Below are positions 12,933 to 24,933 of a stretch of 64,000 nt of DNA, one piece after another. The notes beneath the pieces were generated by a model that saw nothing but the letters and a program-made list of their open reading frames with translations, searched no databases and was not told the DNA's origin. This stretch comes from Octopus sinensis. Lineage: Eukaryota. Numbering within the stretch: the first letter of the stretch is position 1; each line of letters begins with the position of its first letter. Location of the stretch: positions 164,796,001 to 164,860,000 of the forward strand of contig NC_042998.1 of assembly GCF_006345805.1 (NCBI RefSeq), written 5' to 3'. A program made the translations under genes and the position numbers.

Positions 12933-14189
12933 AACTCGATAATTATAATGGTGATTTAATTAATACGTGAAGAGAAAAAGCGTGATAATTATTTAAAAGT
13001 ATTTCTTTTCTTTCGATAGAAAAAATATTCTAAACTACAAAAGTATGATTGAACTTAAAATACAGATATGAAAATTAATTGCTGCAGTCTAAGAATATAT
13101 TTAAGAATATATTTTATGTCTTAAGAAATCATTAGGAGTGTGTTAAAAAAATTTATACTCTAAGTTATATAAATTTGTATTAATGGATTTAATTGATAAA
13201 TTCACTCACCCTATTTGTAGTGTCTTTCAAAGTGAGGAATTGGACGATTAGTTTTGTCTTAAAATTCACTTTTGTGTTGCTGATCTTGCACTTCAGCTTT
13301 AGAAGTTATGTAGAATACTTCATCGTTTGAGAAACATGATTAAATGTAGTACTGGTGTAAACTCTTTTACCTAACAGCGCAAAGTTGATGGCCGGGATTT
13401 TAATAAGAAACGTGCCAACACAGCATGCTTTGGAATTACTATGTATATTGCTATGATATACAATATGTAAGATAGAAGGAGGGAGATAAAGTTGAAGGAA
13501 AAGAGACAGATCGAGAAAAAGAGACGAGAGAGAGAGAGAGAGAGAGATTGGCCAGTGCCAGACGGTTTTAGCAAAACTGATAACTCATCCTCAACCATCT
13601 TAAATTAAAGAAGGACACGATGGAAAATGTCGCATTTTTACGAACAGATGATGTATAATGCAACCTAAGTAAATTTTAAGACAAAACTAGTCGTCCAATT
13701 CCTCACTTTGAAATACACTTCAGCTATGGTAATTGAATTTATTTAATAAAATCTTTTAATACAATCTAATGTAACTCCCTCTGAGTGCGGGTTTTTAACC
13801 TACTCCTAATGAACTCTTAAGACAAAATAGATTTTTAGATTATAGCAAATCCTTCCATATTTGCATTTTAATTTCAAATACATACACACTCAGATAATCC
13901 CACGCATTCACATGTTTGTATCTCTGATACACACATCCATCGCGCGCGCGCGCACACGCACACACTCACACACTCACACACACATACACACATATATAAA
14001 TATCCCTTCAGACAGCCACCCGAGACTGTTTTCTTCTAGTATGTTTAATAACCATATGTTGAGTCGCGCTATAAAAATATGACCTTTGAATAAACCTCTC
14101 TTGACTGTCGGAAAACCTGCGGAGAGTGTCTGGACACGGCTTGAACATGATGTGGCAAAGATCCCGAAACACGTAATCCATCATAATGA

Positions 14190-15330
14190 AGCGGGATAGA
14201 GAGTTGCTGTTGTGGTGTAGCTGCCCTCTGCGAAAACTCTATTTTCTGACTCAAGTAATCGCAACGATATACAACACAATTTCTTCCTGAGTTGCGAACT
14301 TCGTTCTGAACGCAGAGAATCGGGCCTTGGATTCGTTAGAAGGAAGCACATGCTGCTAATTATCATAGAAATGTCTTGGTGCGTAAGCGACAGAATAATA
14401 GCGATGAGATAGAATTGACAAGACATTTCAATTCTACAATAATTACTATGAATGTTCCAAATATGAGAACCCCATTAAAAGAAAGGAAATATTCTATGCC
14501 AAAAAACCACATAGATTATGCGACAGTCCTCTCATAGATACACTACTATCAATGAAGAACTGCAATGCCAGAATAAGGGAAACCTTTATAGACTAGTCCG
14601 TAGTTTATAAGAAAGCAGTGTTGATGGCTACAGCTCCAACGGGATGCCTCTACAGCATGTATGTAATGAATGCAAATAGTGACAAATATGTTCAAACAGA
14701 AAATCGAAATACTATAATTTGGATATACTCTTATTCCAAAAACAAACGTATTATTAATTTTTGTAATCAAATAACAGGACAAAATGTGTATCCATATCCC
14801 CAAAGTAGTTTGTGCTGCAAAAAGGAAGTACCGTTTATTTCTTGTTAAGGTCTAAGATCTCATTATTAAATGTCGATATTCGCTAAAAATATATCTGACA
14901 GAGGCTTGCCAAACAAGACAGAAAAAATTTCTTTCAACTAGTCGTAAGAACAAAAGAGGAATACTCCCACAAGACTAATTGGATGTACAGGAAGGTCTTA
15001 TGACTGAGAATGATTCGTTATATCTTCATGTTAAGACGAAGTTTCAACCGCTATTGAAGAACCTGACTAGAAATACCATGATTGGTTTAACCCCAATAAT
15101 ACTAAAATTTTAAAATTGCTGGTACAAAAAATGAAATTGAGGCTACCAAATACTGATTGAGCCGCAAAACATTAAGTGAAGCATGACTGCTAACACAGAT
15201 ACATTCAAACTCCCGTCAAAAACAAGAATACTGACGTCAAAATGGAGGCAACAAAAAGCCTGCTGTCCGCTGTTAATGAGCTGCAGACAAGAATAACATG
15301 AGGGGATATTATAATGGATTCAAAGAAATT
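14190..15330 (+). pseudogene. Decayed RTE-clade LINE apurinic endonuclease region
   Basis: VAALCE, HNFFLSCELRSERRESGLGFVRR, VSDRIIAMR, NCNARI (for GDFNARIG), SNG, IVTNMFKQK; multiple stops and frameshifts. Confidence 0.7.
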
Positions 15331-15504
15331 TGGAGACAGTAGAGCAGTCGTTCTCAATGTACACCAGTCGTTCTCATATGGGGATCCATGTGGCCCTTGA
15401 GATTTTGTTGTTCAAATTAATCTGCAATAATTTGCCTATATTCTACAAAAAATATTTTGATTTTTCTTTCAATTCCTAATATTTAATTATAAAAATATAA
15501 TTAT

Positions 15505-15792
15505 TTTGGAGTAAAGGTTATTTGCCAACATAACATGGCAGCCCAGGTTTAGGACGAATGCTGCTGTAATTTAGCCCCAGGAGACATCGTCTCCAGCTGG
15601 CTATACGACACGATCTGTATCCTTATATTTTCGAACAAGGGAAACAATCTAGATCCCCTTGTTCGAAGATATAAGGACACAGACCGTGTCTTATAGCCAG
15701 CTGGAGACGATGTCTGCTGGGCCTAAATTACAGCAACATTCGTCCTAAACCAGGACTGCCATGTTATGTTGGCAAACACTCTTTACTCCAAA
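15505..15792. mobile_element. Fold-back (palindromic) MITE
   Basis: Arms 'tttggagtaaag..tttgccaacataacatggcag...ttcgaacaaggg' and 'cccttgttcgaa...ctgccatgttatgttggcaaa..ctttactccaaa' around a short loop. Confidence 0.9.
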
Positions 15793-15850
15793 GTACTGTT
15801 GTTGAATATCTCATGTTGTGAGATTTAAAAATAGTAATTTTCTAATATAA

Positions 15851-16190
15851 TTCTTTTATTAGTTTCAGTCAATTGACTACAGCCATGCTGGAGCACTGCC
15901 TTTAGTCGGACAAGTTGACCCCAGAACTTAGTCTTTGTAAGCCTAGTACTTATTCTATCGGTCAATTTTACCAAACTGCTAAGTTACGGGGACGTAAACA
16001 CACCAACATCGGTTGTCAAGTGATGGTGGGGGGACAAATACAGATACACAAACATATACATTATATATATACATATATATATATATACGACAGGCTTTTT
16101 CAGTTTCCGTCTACCAGATCCATTCACAAGGCTTTGGTCGGTCCGAGGTTATAGAAGAAGACACTTGCCCAAGGTGCCACGCAGTGGGAC
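15851..16190 (-). mobile_element. CORE-type SINE (OR2-like), head truncated, internal microsatellite
   Basis: Reverse complement of CORE 'tggcaccttgggcaagtgtctt' near 16160; tail 'gtgctccagcatggctg...tgactgaaac'. Confidence 0.85.
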
Positions 16191-16744
16191 AACATTGAAT
16201 GGCTAGGAGGGTCCAGTAGAGTAAAATAGGGATCAAAGGGGTCCATAGGTAAAAAAAATGGTTGAGAAACGTTGCTTTAGAAGAAAGGATTTATCCCTCC
16301 CAAAATCTGTTGAGACAAAAGCATTAAAGAAATAAACTGAAGACATTCAGCAATTTCTCAATGGGCCTGGTGATCAAAATCCTGTGGGAAATTTCTCAAC
16401 ATTTAACAGTGAAAGACTTATAATCCTCTAGTGAGACATAAATAAACGGGCGAGAAGATTGTGGAATATAGAAATTCTCACCATCAATGCGTTGTAATGC
16501 ACACACACAATTACAAAGAAAAACATATACCACATATATACAGACACATACACACACATATATACCACAGATATGGAGACAACACACACACATAAACATA
16601 CACACACAATGTTTTATAGTAAGGCAAAATCTGCGAAATTGAATTTTGCCTACAGATCGGATCACGTTAGACATAGTTATTATTTGGTGACATTTCACCA
16701 GTACTCCATGTTATTTCCACTTACGTATGTGTTTGTTTGTTTGT

Positions 16745-16778
16745 TTGTTTGTGTGTGTGCGCGTGTGTGTGTGTGTGT

Positions 16779-16831
<53 letters not shown>

Positions 16832-16860
16832 GTGTGTGTGTGTGTGCGTGTGTGTGTGTG
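16745..16860. repeat. (TG)n microsatellite
   Basis: Long near-perfect TG run. Confidence 0.95.
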
Positions 16861-17411
16861 AAAGATTGTATATTTGTGCAAGTTTCACAAATATTTACCC
16901 GATAATGTCTCCTTTAATTTAACGTTGACTCATTCTTATTCTTCAGTTGTTCGTACATTTAATAATATAAGAAGTGGATATTTTTGTAAACATTTTCCTA
17001 TGTTGCAGCAAGTTGAAAGATTAACTTATGCTTTCAGAGTAACAAATGTTCAAGTAAAGTGACGGTTCTTGTTTGCGTGGGTGAGCGACGAAATGTAAAA
17101 CTGTAATTATGCCAACTATTATAACCGAATAGGAACATATGGAAAAGATATGGTGACAGATTGAATTCAATATAAATGATTAATGGCTCGGTGTTAAATT
17201 GTGATCAAACAGTAAGATATAGAGAACAATGCGTTACTATTTAATCATCCATCGAAGCATTTATACAGTTAGCTGTTATGATTTATGCGGCTTTGTTAGA
17301 ATTTAATCTTTTAATTAATACTGTGTTTGTGTACATATATACAAAATATTTGCTTATGTTCAGATAGGAGTTAAACATATGATTGATTTGGATTATGAGA
17401 TATATATAATA

Positions 17412-17442
<31 letters not shown>

Positions 17443-17663
17443 ATAAGTATATGTATATGTATATATACACACATATTTGTATGTATATATATGTATAACA
17501 TATACACACACACACATCTGTATGTATATATGTCAATATATATATATATATATATATATTATATAATATATATATATATATATACACATATTTGTATATA
17601 TATATATATATTGTACATATATGTATCACACACACACTCACACACTATATATAAATATATACA

Positions 17664-18530
17664 CACGGTGCGGCGAATAAATTGCCATCTAAATTACGCA
17701 AAAATGAAAATAACACTAACATCTCCTTTTAACAGATGTATTTACCAAAATTGCATTAAAATTTCTTGAAATCCTAAAGAGTAAATTTATACAATAAAAT
17801 CGCCATTGGCTTCAACCACAGCCTCCAGGCAACTTCGGAATCTCCTGCAACTCTTCTGGACGGTCTCCTTGTTTAAGTTGGTCAATGCTGCCATAATCCT
17901 TGCCTTCAGTTCATCTTTGGTGTAACAAGGAATGTTGTTGGTCTCTCGCTTAACTGCACCCCACATATAATAATCAAAGGTACTGTAATCTGGGGAGATA
18001 GGTGGCCAGATGTTAGGAGTGATGTTGTCGCAGAAATTGTCTGACACCCATGACAGGGTTCTCCTGTTCGTGTGGCATGGTGCAGAGTCCTTTTGCCAGA
18101 CATAGGGGTCTTCCAGCAGCCACCCTCTTGACCCAGGAAGCACTACCACCTCCAGGCACTTGATGTAAGCCCTCGTGTTGAGTCTGAGGCTGTGTGGGAA
18201 GATGAATGGAGGCATAACGTCACCATCACTAGTGGTCACTCCAAAACACCATGACGTTGGCTGGATGGATGATTTTCATATCTCTCGGTGAATGTTTTGG
18301 GGACACGACAAGCCAACAGTTGTTCTGTGTATTCACCATCTGTTCGTGTTGGAGCTTCTGGCGCGAATACCAAGCAGTAAAGCATGTCGTTTTCAAATTT
18401 CTGGCAGTGAATTACTTTATGATGCTGTTTTTCTCACAGACGGTGCCCAACTGACCCAACTATACTGTGTAGTCGACAAAATTAAAAACAATGCACGAAA
18501 TTAAATATATAAAATGGCGACAATTTACCT
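17664..18530 (-). mobile_element. Internally deleted Tc1/mariner element, DD37D (maT-type)
   Basis: ORF 17787-18239 has WQKDSAPCH...WPPISPDYSTFDY with 37 residues between the last two Asp; degenerate TIRs 'cacggtgcggcgaataaattg' and 'atggcgacaatttac'. Confidence 0.9.
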
Positions 18531-18559
18531 ACGAAACACACACACATACGTGTGTGTGT

Positions 18560-18755
18560 GTGTGTTTGTTTGTGTTGTATCTGCACGCAACACTACTTCA
18601 CAACCGGTTTTGCTTTGTTTACATCCTCGCCAAAAGAAATCTATAAAATACCAGACTTAATATTATGCAATGGCGTCGATTTTTTTCGACTAAATTTTTC
18701 ATAACAGTGCTGTAGCATGACCATAGGCTAATGACAAAAACACGTAGAAGGTAAA
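18560..18755 (+). mobile_element. OR2-like SINE 3' half
   Basis: 'caaccggttttgctttgtttac...gtgctgtagcatgaccataggctaatgac'. Confidence 0.6.
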
Positions 18756-19466
18756 GATAGTAAAAGATAAAGAGAATATAGGAAATTGATATTTTTTATC
18801 AAAATACTTCAAAGTCAATGAACATTATGTGAAAGAATAATTTTTTTTTTACCTTTTGTGTTGTTCACATCTGGCGTGGTCAGCGACGCATGCGAGCCGA
18901 ATTTGGGCATTTTATCCTTCTAGAGTTGCCCAGTTACAAAATAGCTGTATTTGTAATATATGAAGCAGAATATGATTTGTGTAGACAAAAAGTAACAATC
19001 AATGATGCAAATACATATTTTTTTCACTAAACAAAGTAGGAGAGAAAAGGAACAAGTAAGAAAGGTGCAATACGAGAGCTAAAACAATTTGATATCCAAC
19101 AACAGAAAGCTAGAGAAAATGCTATGTAAGTCTCTCTTTGAAGTACCGGTTATACGCAACTAATAACATACATAAATATATACGCACACACGTATATACT
19201 CTCCCTCTCTCCATCTCTTTCTATCTCCACTCTCTCTCTCTCTATCTCCATATATACTTACATATATATGTGTGTGTATATGTATATATACATACATACA
19301 TACATACATACATACACACATACTTATAATCAATACTTATAGCAGGAGTTAATATATTTATCTATATTCCTATCTGTCTTCCTCTCTCTCCCTCACACTA
19401 TGTTGTATATATGTATATATGTGTGAATAATTAGACGTACCTATTTATCTATCTATCTATCAAGCC

Positions 19467-19527
<61 letters not shown>

Positions 19528-21119
19528 GCACAAGCACACATATATATGAGAGGGTGTATTCTTATCTATATATACATATATATTTAGCACGTGTATGTAC
19601 ACATCTATATATCCAGTTCGTGTGTCTGCGTACGTTTCTGTATATATGTGATTGTTGCTCTATTAGTAATTATGTGAATAAAATACCAAGTTCGAAAACT
19701 ATATATAATTGCTACATTTCTTTATTCTCTATTTACGTTCTTTATTATTTACTATATTTTTTTCTATTGTCTATGCTTTTTTCCCCGTTTTTAGCTGCTT
19801 CTTATACCTTTATTTTATCTTCGCTCTTTGGCGTCATAGAATACAAAGAAAAATGTTGCTTTCTCCAGTATTCCATAAGGTTATGATGCCATCTTTCAAA
19901 GTGGTTCTAGTTCTTTGCCTTGTCAATTCTTCTGTCTGATTGCCATTTCTCGTTGCTATGACATAGCGAATTGATATTCGTCCACCATAAATTGTAACGT
20001 TCAATAATGCTTCAAGATCTATTGGTTATTGAACATAGCTGTTGTAATAGCTCTTTTATTTCCCATATTTGTTTTGTATATATTTATTATTTTATTTCAG
20101 TCTATTTTTTATTTTGTATTTTTGGTTTTGTTTTCATTCAAGCGTTATTTATTTATTTGCTTGTATATGTTGTTTTTGGTTGTTCTTTTTTTGCGTATTG
20201 CTTTTCGTTTTGCTTTGTCAAACGACACAGTTTTGTCATGAGAGGTGTTAATACTGTTAGTTTAACGTATGGTGTAGTATTGAAATTGTAGGGAATAGAA
20301 AGGAGGAGGAGGAGGAGGAGGAGGGGGATTATTATGTGATCTTTTGATCTGCCGTCAAAATAGGAAAAGATAGATTAAACACACGAAGGAAGCTAAAAAG
20401 AAAATGCAGCAGCATAATATTCCCGAGATTTTTAATAAACAAGACAAAACTAAACGAAACGCGCTAGTTATATAAAATACTAGAAGTGCAATGAATAAAA
20501 GGAAAATACGAACGAACGAATGAATGAATGAAAATATCAAAGAATGAATGAACGAATTGATCAATCAATCAATGAATAAAAGTATGAAGAAGGAAAAAAA
20601 CTATAACAACAATAATCCAGCGAACTGAAAACAAAAAAAGGAATCTTAAAAACTAATATTTATGACGATGATGATGATGATGAATTCTAATTGCACGAGA
20701 GATGAAGACTAGAAAACTCATGGAATCTATCGGCAGATGGCGCCACAATATTGGCTACCTTTGTTTTGTGCAGCTAAGCAAGGTGCGTTGTATATTTTTA
20801 CATTTTTTTAAATCTCTCAAAACAAGTTTCTAGTTGCTGCTGTTGTTGTTGCTACAGTTTTTTTGTTTTGCTTGTTTTTTTTTTTTGCTGATGTTGTTGT
20901 TGTTGTTGTTGTTGCTTATATGCTTCTGTTGTGAATAAATGGACATATTTTAGAGATTCATAGCAAGGATGGTGAAAAAAAAAGGAAGGTAGTGGACAGG
21001 AAGCGAAGTATTGTGGTTATATCAAGTCCCCGAGTGAAAAGTAAACAAGTACGTTGTAAATAACAATTTCGAATGATTGCATGCCACATTTTATGCACAC
21101 ACACACACACATACATGTA

Positions 21120-21707
21120 CAGGTGCCGGTATGGCAGTGTGGTTAACAAGCTCATTTTGCAACCACATAGTTTTGGAGTTCAACCCACTGCACGGTACCT
21201 TGTGCAAGTGTCTTCTACTAAAACCCCTGACTCGACCAACTATTATTATCATGTAAGTGAAGATGGTAGAAGGAAACAGAGTAAGTCGTATGTATGCATG
21301 TATGTATGTATGTATGTATGTATGTATGTATGTATGTATGTATGTATGTATGTATGTATCTATGTATGTATGTATGTATGTATGTATGTATGTATGTATG
21401 AATGTATGTCGATTTGTATGTTTTCTTTTATGTATGTATTCTCATGCATATAGTTGCATATCTAGGCATGCTTATATATACTTAAATGATAAACTTCTGG
21501 AAAGATTTACAGATTTTTCACAGTTCCAGTGATGGCTTGGATCTGTAGTCTTCGAATCAACTTTCTCCTTTCTGGCTTTGAGAAGCCTAATTTCTCAAGA
21601 TTGGTATTTAGGCAGTGTGCTACACATCCTAATGTTCCAATAATAACAGGTATAAACCTGAATTTGTAATCTGGACAGAGTAACTACAGATTTCTGAATA
21701 ATGCAGC

Positions 21708-21738
<31 letters not shown>

Positions 21739-21998
21739 TGTATGTATGTATGTATGTATGTATGTATGTATGAATGTATGAATGTATGTATGTGTGTCTT
21801 TGTGTTTAACCCTACCACCACTTGATGGCCGGTTTTGGTTTGTTTAAATCCCCGTAAACTAACGGTTAGGCGAAAAAGACCGATAGAATAAGCACCAGAC
21901 TTTAAAAATAAATATTGCAGTCGATTTTTTCGACGAAATCCTTCGAGGTAGTGCCCCAACATGGCCGCATTCCAATGACTGAAAGGAATAAAAGATAA
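21120..21998 (+). mobile_element. OR2-like CORE SINE split by expanded (TATG)n and a LINE fragment
   Basis: Head and CORE at 21120-21240, (TATG)n at 21290-21400 and 21710-21790, 3' half at 21795-21998. Confidence 0.75.
21482..21710 (-). pseudogene. RLE non-LTR retrotransposon C-terminus (R4-like)
   Basis: LFRNL*LLCPDYKFRFIPVIIGTLGCVAHCLNTNLEKLGFSKPERRKLIRRLQIQAITGTVKICKSFQKFII*. Confidence 0.8.
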
Positions 21999-22191
21999 CA
22001 GAAAATGTATCTATGTATTTATATATATGTGTGTGTGTATGCATTTATGTATTTATGTATGTGTGCGCATGTATGCATGCATGTAAATACGTAAGCAGAG
22101 TAACCCTGTGTGGGTCGAGTGCCATATTTCTGTGAATCGCTTAAAAATAAGGATAGAATTTATGGCTTGACATATATTACGTTATCTATTA

Positions 22192-22408
22192 AGGAAGCGA
22201 GATGGCAAAACCCTCTGTATACCGGGCAAAACACTTAGCGACATTTCATCCATCTTTACGTTCTGTGTTCAAATTCCACCGAGGTCGACTTTGCCTTTCA
22301 TCTTCTCAGGCTCAACAAATTAAGTATTAGGGAAACACTGGGGTCAATATAATCAACTAGTCACCTCCCACCAAATTTCAGGCCTAGTGCCTATAATAGA
22401 AGGGATTA
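22192..22408 (+). mobile_element. OK-like SINE with (ATT)n tail
   Basis: B-box 'gtgttcaaattcc'; tail runs into (tta)n. Confidence 0.85.
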
Positions 22409-22431
22409 TTATTATTTTATTATTATTATTA

Positions 22432-22480
<49 letters not shown>

Positions 22481-23017
22481 GAGTGAGAGAGCAGCGCATG
22501 CCATCAAAATGACAGTGGGGTAAAATATACGAAGCCCAGTATACCCATCTGATAAGGGTGCACCAGGCACATGCATCACAGCCATATGTGCGCGACATGA
22601 TTTCATATCAAGATAACCAGCACATGACCTTGCAGGTGGGGCCCAGTTATAATTCTCTTCGGGTCGAGCAGCCCATCCTGCTCAAAGGGTTCCTGAATAA
22701 GGGTTGTTTAAGGATGTCGAACGAAACACTCATGTTTCCAAGGGTGAATTATTCAAACCCCCAAAGAATCCCTCACAGCACATGGCTATGATGCTCCCCC
22801 TCTACTTCTACTCGTGATCGGAGATGCACATATCGTCAGCCACTAACAGACATGCTCAACTGGTTATGGTCAAACAACGGCAAGCAAATCTGTGGTATTG
22901 ATCAGAATATTTGCTGTTGCCCATCTTTTATACCAAGATAAACAATATACATGATGACACTTCCAATCAGTTAAGATCAAAAGCCATGAGAACCACTGCC
23001 TGGTACCGCATCAGAGC

Positions 23018-23018
<1 letters not shown>
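22481..23018. mobile_element. Non-coding interspersed element of about 540 bp, inserted in (TTA)n
   Basis: Bounded on both sides by (tta)n; partial reverse-complement copy at 60690-60850. Confidence 0.75.
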
Positions 23019-23055
<37 letters not shown>

Positions 23056-23059
<4 letters not shown>

Positions 23060-23558
23060 ATTAAAATAAAATATGGTCCGTTGTCTTCTGCTGAACTGGG
23101 GTCATCCCTTGACTCTAGGGTCACAGCAGGTCCTCATCTCATATAGAGTACACGGCGTAAAATATGTGCGGAACCTAGCAACAGTATTTTCTGAAATTCT
23201 CTCATGTTAACATTGCAAGGGAGTTTGTTGAGAGCTTATCAAGGCCCTTTTTAATTAGCCCTAACCTTCCAATCATCACTGGTGCAGTGCTGCTTTTCAT
23301 TCCTCATATCTTGGTCACTTCTATTTCTAGGTCTTTGTACTTAAATAATTTCTCAACTTCTTTAATGGACACATTTCTCTCTGATGGTACAGTCACATCT
23401 ATCATTAAGCATTTCTTTTTCTTCCCATCTTTGATGATTATATCCAGCCTGTTTTCCTTGATTTCTTTATCGTTGTTGATTGGCATGTCCCAGAGTACTG
23501 TTACATAATCTTTTTCCGGTTACAGTTTCAGGTTTATGCTGGTACCATCTGTCTGAAG

Positions 23559-23561
<3 letters not shown>
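23056..23561 (-). pseudogene. 5'-truncated Dong/R4-clade LINE (RLE domain plus 3' UTR)
   Basis: VLWDMPINNDKEIKENRLDIIIKD...LMIDVTVP...KEVEKLFKYKDLEIEVTKI, then IGRLGLI and LLGSAHILRRVL; (TAA)n on both sides in sense orientation. Confidence 0.88.
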
Positions 23562-23634
<73 letters not shown>

Positions 23635-23641
23635 CATTGTT

Positions 23642-23858
23642 AAGGCAACGAGCTGGTAGAATCGTTAGTACGCCGGACGAAATGCTTTGCGGTATTTCGT
23701 CTGTTGCTACGTTCTGAGTTCAAATTCCGCCGAAGTCAACTTTGCCTTTCTTCCTTTCGGGGTCGATAAATGAAATACGAATCAAGTACTGGGATCGAAG
23801 TGATCAATTGTCCTGCTTCCCACAAAAATCCAGGCCTTGTACCTATAGTAGAAAGGAT
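23642..23858 (+). mobile_element. OK-like SINE
   Basis: 'aaggcaacgagctggtagaatcgttag...gagttcaaattccgcc...tagtagaaaggat'. Confidence 0.9.
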
Positions 23859-24925
23859 GGTTGGGAACGGGTAATTTCCAGATATCATTGGCCTGGCAGT
23901 GCTACCGGGGAGCGCTACCGGTTCGAGATAAACTCTATATGCACGGATGTTCTGTTAGACAGACTTCTCCGAGGTGCGCGCAGAATGACGAAACCGTTCT
24001 GCAGGCCCTCGTTCATTGTCCGGGCATTGTTGGCTTGTGTGGATATATCGAACAGCTACTGTAACGTATGGAACGGATCTCTCTATTGGCCGAGTCAGTA
24101 GTGATGATCGCCTCGCCACCCTCGAGCAGGCAAAGCAGTTCTCTTTGCCTAGTGGCCGTGGGGAAAGAGGTTGTTTGCTGGACAAGGTTGAAAGGCTTGA
24201 GGACAGATACATTCCTGTTTAGTAGAGCTCTCATTGACTTCTACAAGTTACACTTGAAAAGGAAATTGAGAGTGGAGAGGGAGGTGCTGTCCTCCGTGAG
24301 TTTATTGAAAGGTGGGTGTAAGTTGCGAAAAGGGCATGAGTGGATGGTACCTCTCTAAATGTAAGGCGGCGAGCTGGCAGAATCGTTAGCACGTCGGGCG
24401 AAATGCTTAGCGGTATTTCGGCTGCCGTTACGTTGTGAGTTCAAATTCCGCCGAGGTTGACTTTGCCTTTCATCCTTTCGGGGTCGATAAATTAAGTACC
24501 AGTTAAGCAACGGGGTCGATATAATCGACTTAATACCTATGTCTGTCCATGTTTGTCCCCTCTATGTTTAGCCCCTTGTGGGTAATAAAGAAATAGGTAC
24601 CTCTCTAAATGTACACCTGTGAGTCGGAGAGAAGGAATTGGAGAGGGCACTAGCTCTTCGGGTTTCAGGGAAATCTTGGATAGTGGGGCTCCTGCATTAT
24701 CCCTGAGGCCGTCTTGTATCAGAAAAGTCACACCTCTATCATCCTCCACACCACATTTTTTTAACGTGTGTATGCTATGCATATGTCTCTTCTTTTTCAG
24801 TGTATACCATGTATACTTACTCATTTTTTAAATAATTTCATTATATGTAAACTCTCACGCTTTATGTCTATCTTTGTGTTGTCCCCCTCATTCTTTACCC
24901 TTGTGGAAAATAAATTAAATCATCC
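23859..24925 (+). pseudogene. 5'-truncated Tx1/L1-clade LINE 3' end (zinc-knuckle region plus 3' UTR)
   Basis: SLAWQCYRGALPVRDKLYMHG..SPRCAQNDETVLQALVHC (decayed CCHC); frame continues through one TAA to 24358; 3' UTR interrupted by a SINE. Confidence 0.8.
24364..24595 (+). mobile_element. Young OK-like SINE with alternative tail and 18-bp TSD
   Basis: TSD ggtacctctctaaatgta at 24346-24363 and 24596-24613. Confidence 0.95.
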
Positions 24926-24933
24926 TTATTATT

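Larger units (their letters stand above)
10625..13815. repeat. Tandem duplication of about 1.54 kb (two units plus a third flanking repeat)
   Basis: Near-identical units start at 10625 and 12173; a third copy of the roughly 115-bp flank starts at 13699. Confidence 0.95.
15345..16274. mobile_element. hAT-like MITE hosting two nested insertions
   Basis: TIR-like 'cagtcgttctcaa' and 'ttgagaaacgttg'; 8-bp flanks cagtagag / ctttagaa (5 of 8 match). Confidence 0.55.

Noticed and set aside
20729-20745. CTCF-like motif tcggcagatggcgcca
   Set aside because: A single short motif with mismatches is not supportable without ChIP data
21524-21648. Apparent plus-strand exon with good splice sites
   Set aside because: It is the antisense of the RLE fragment at 21482-21710
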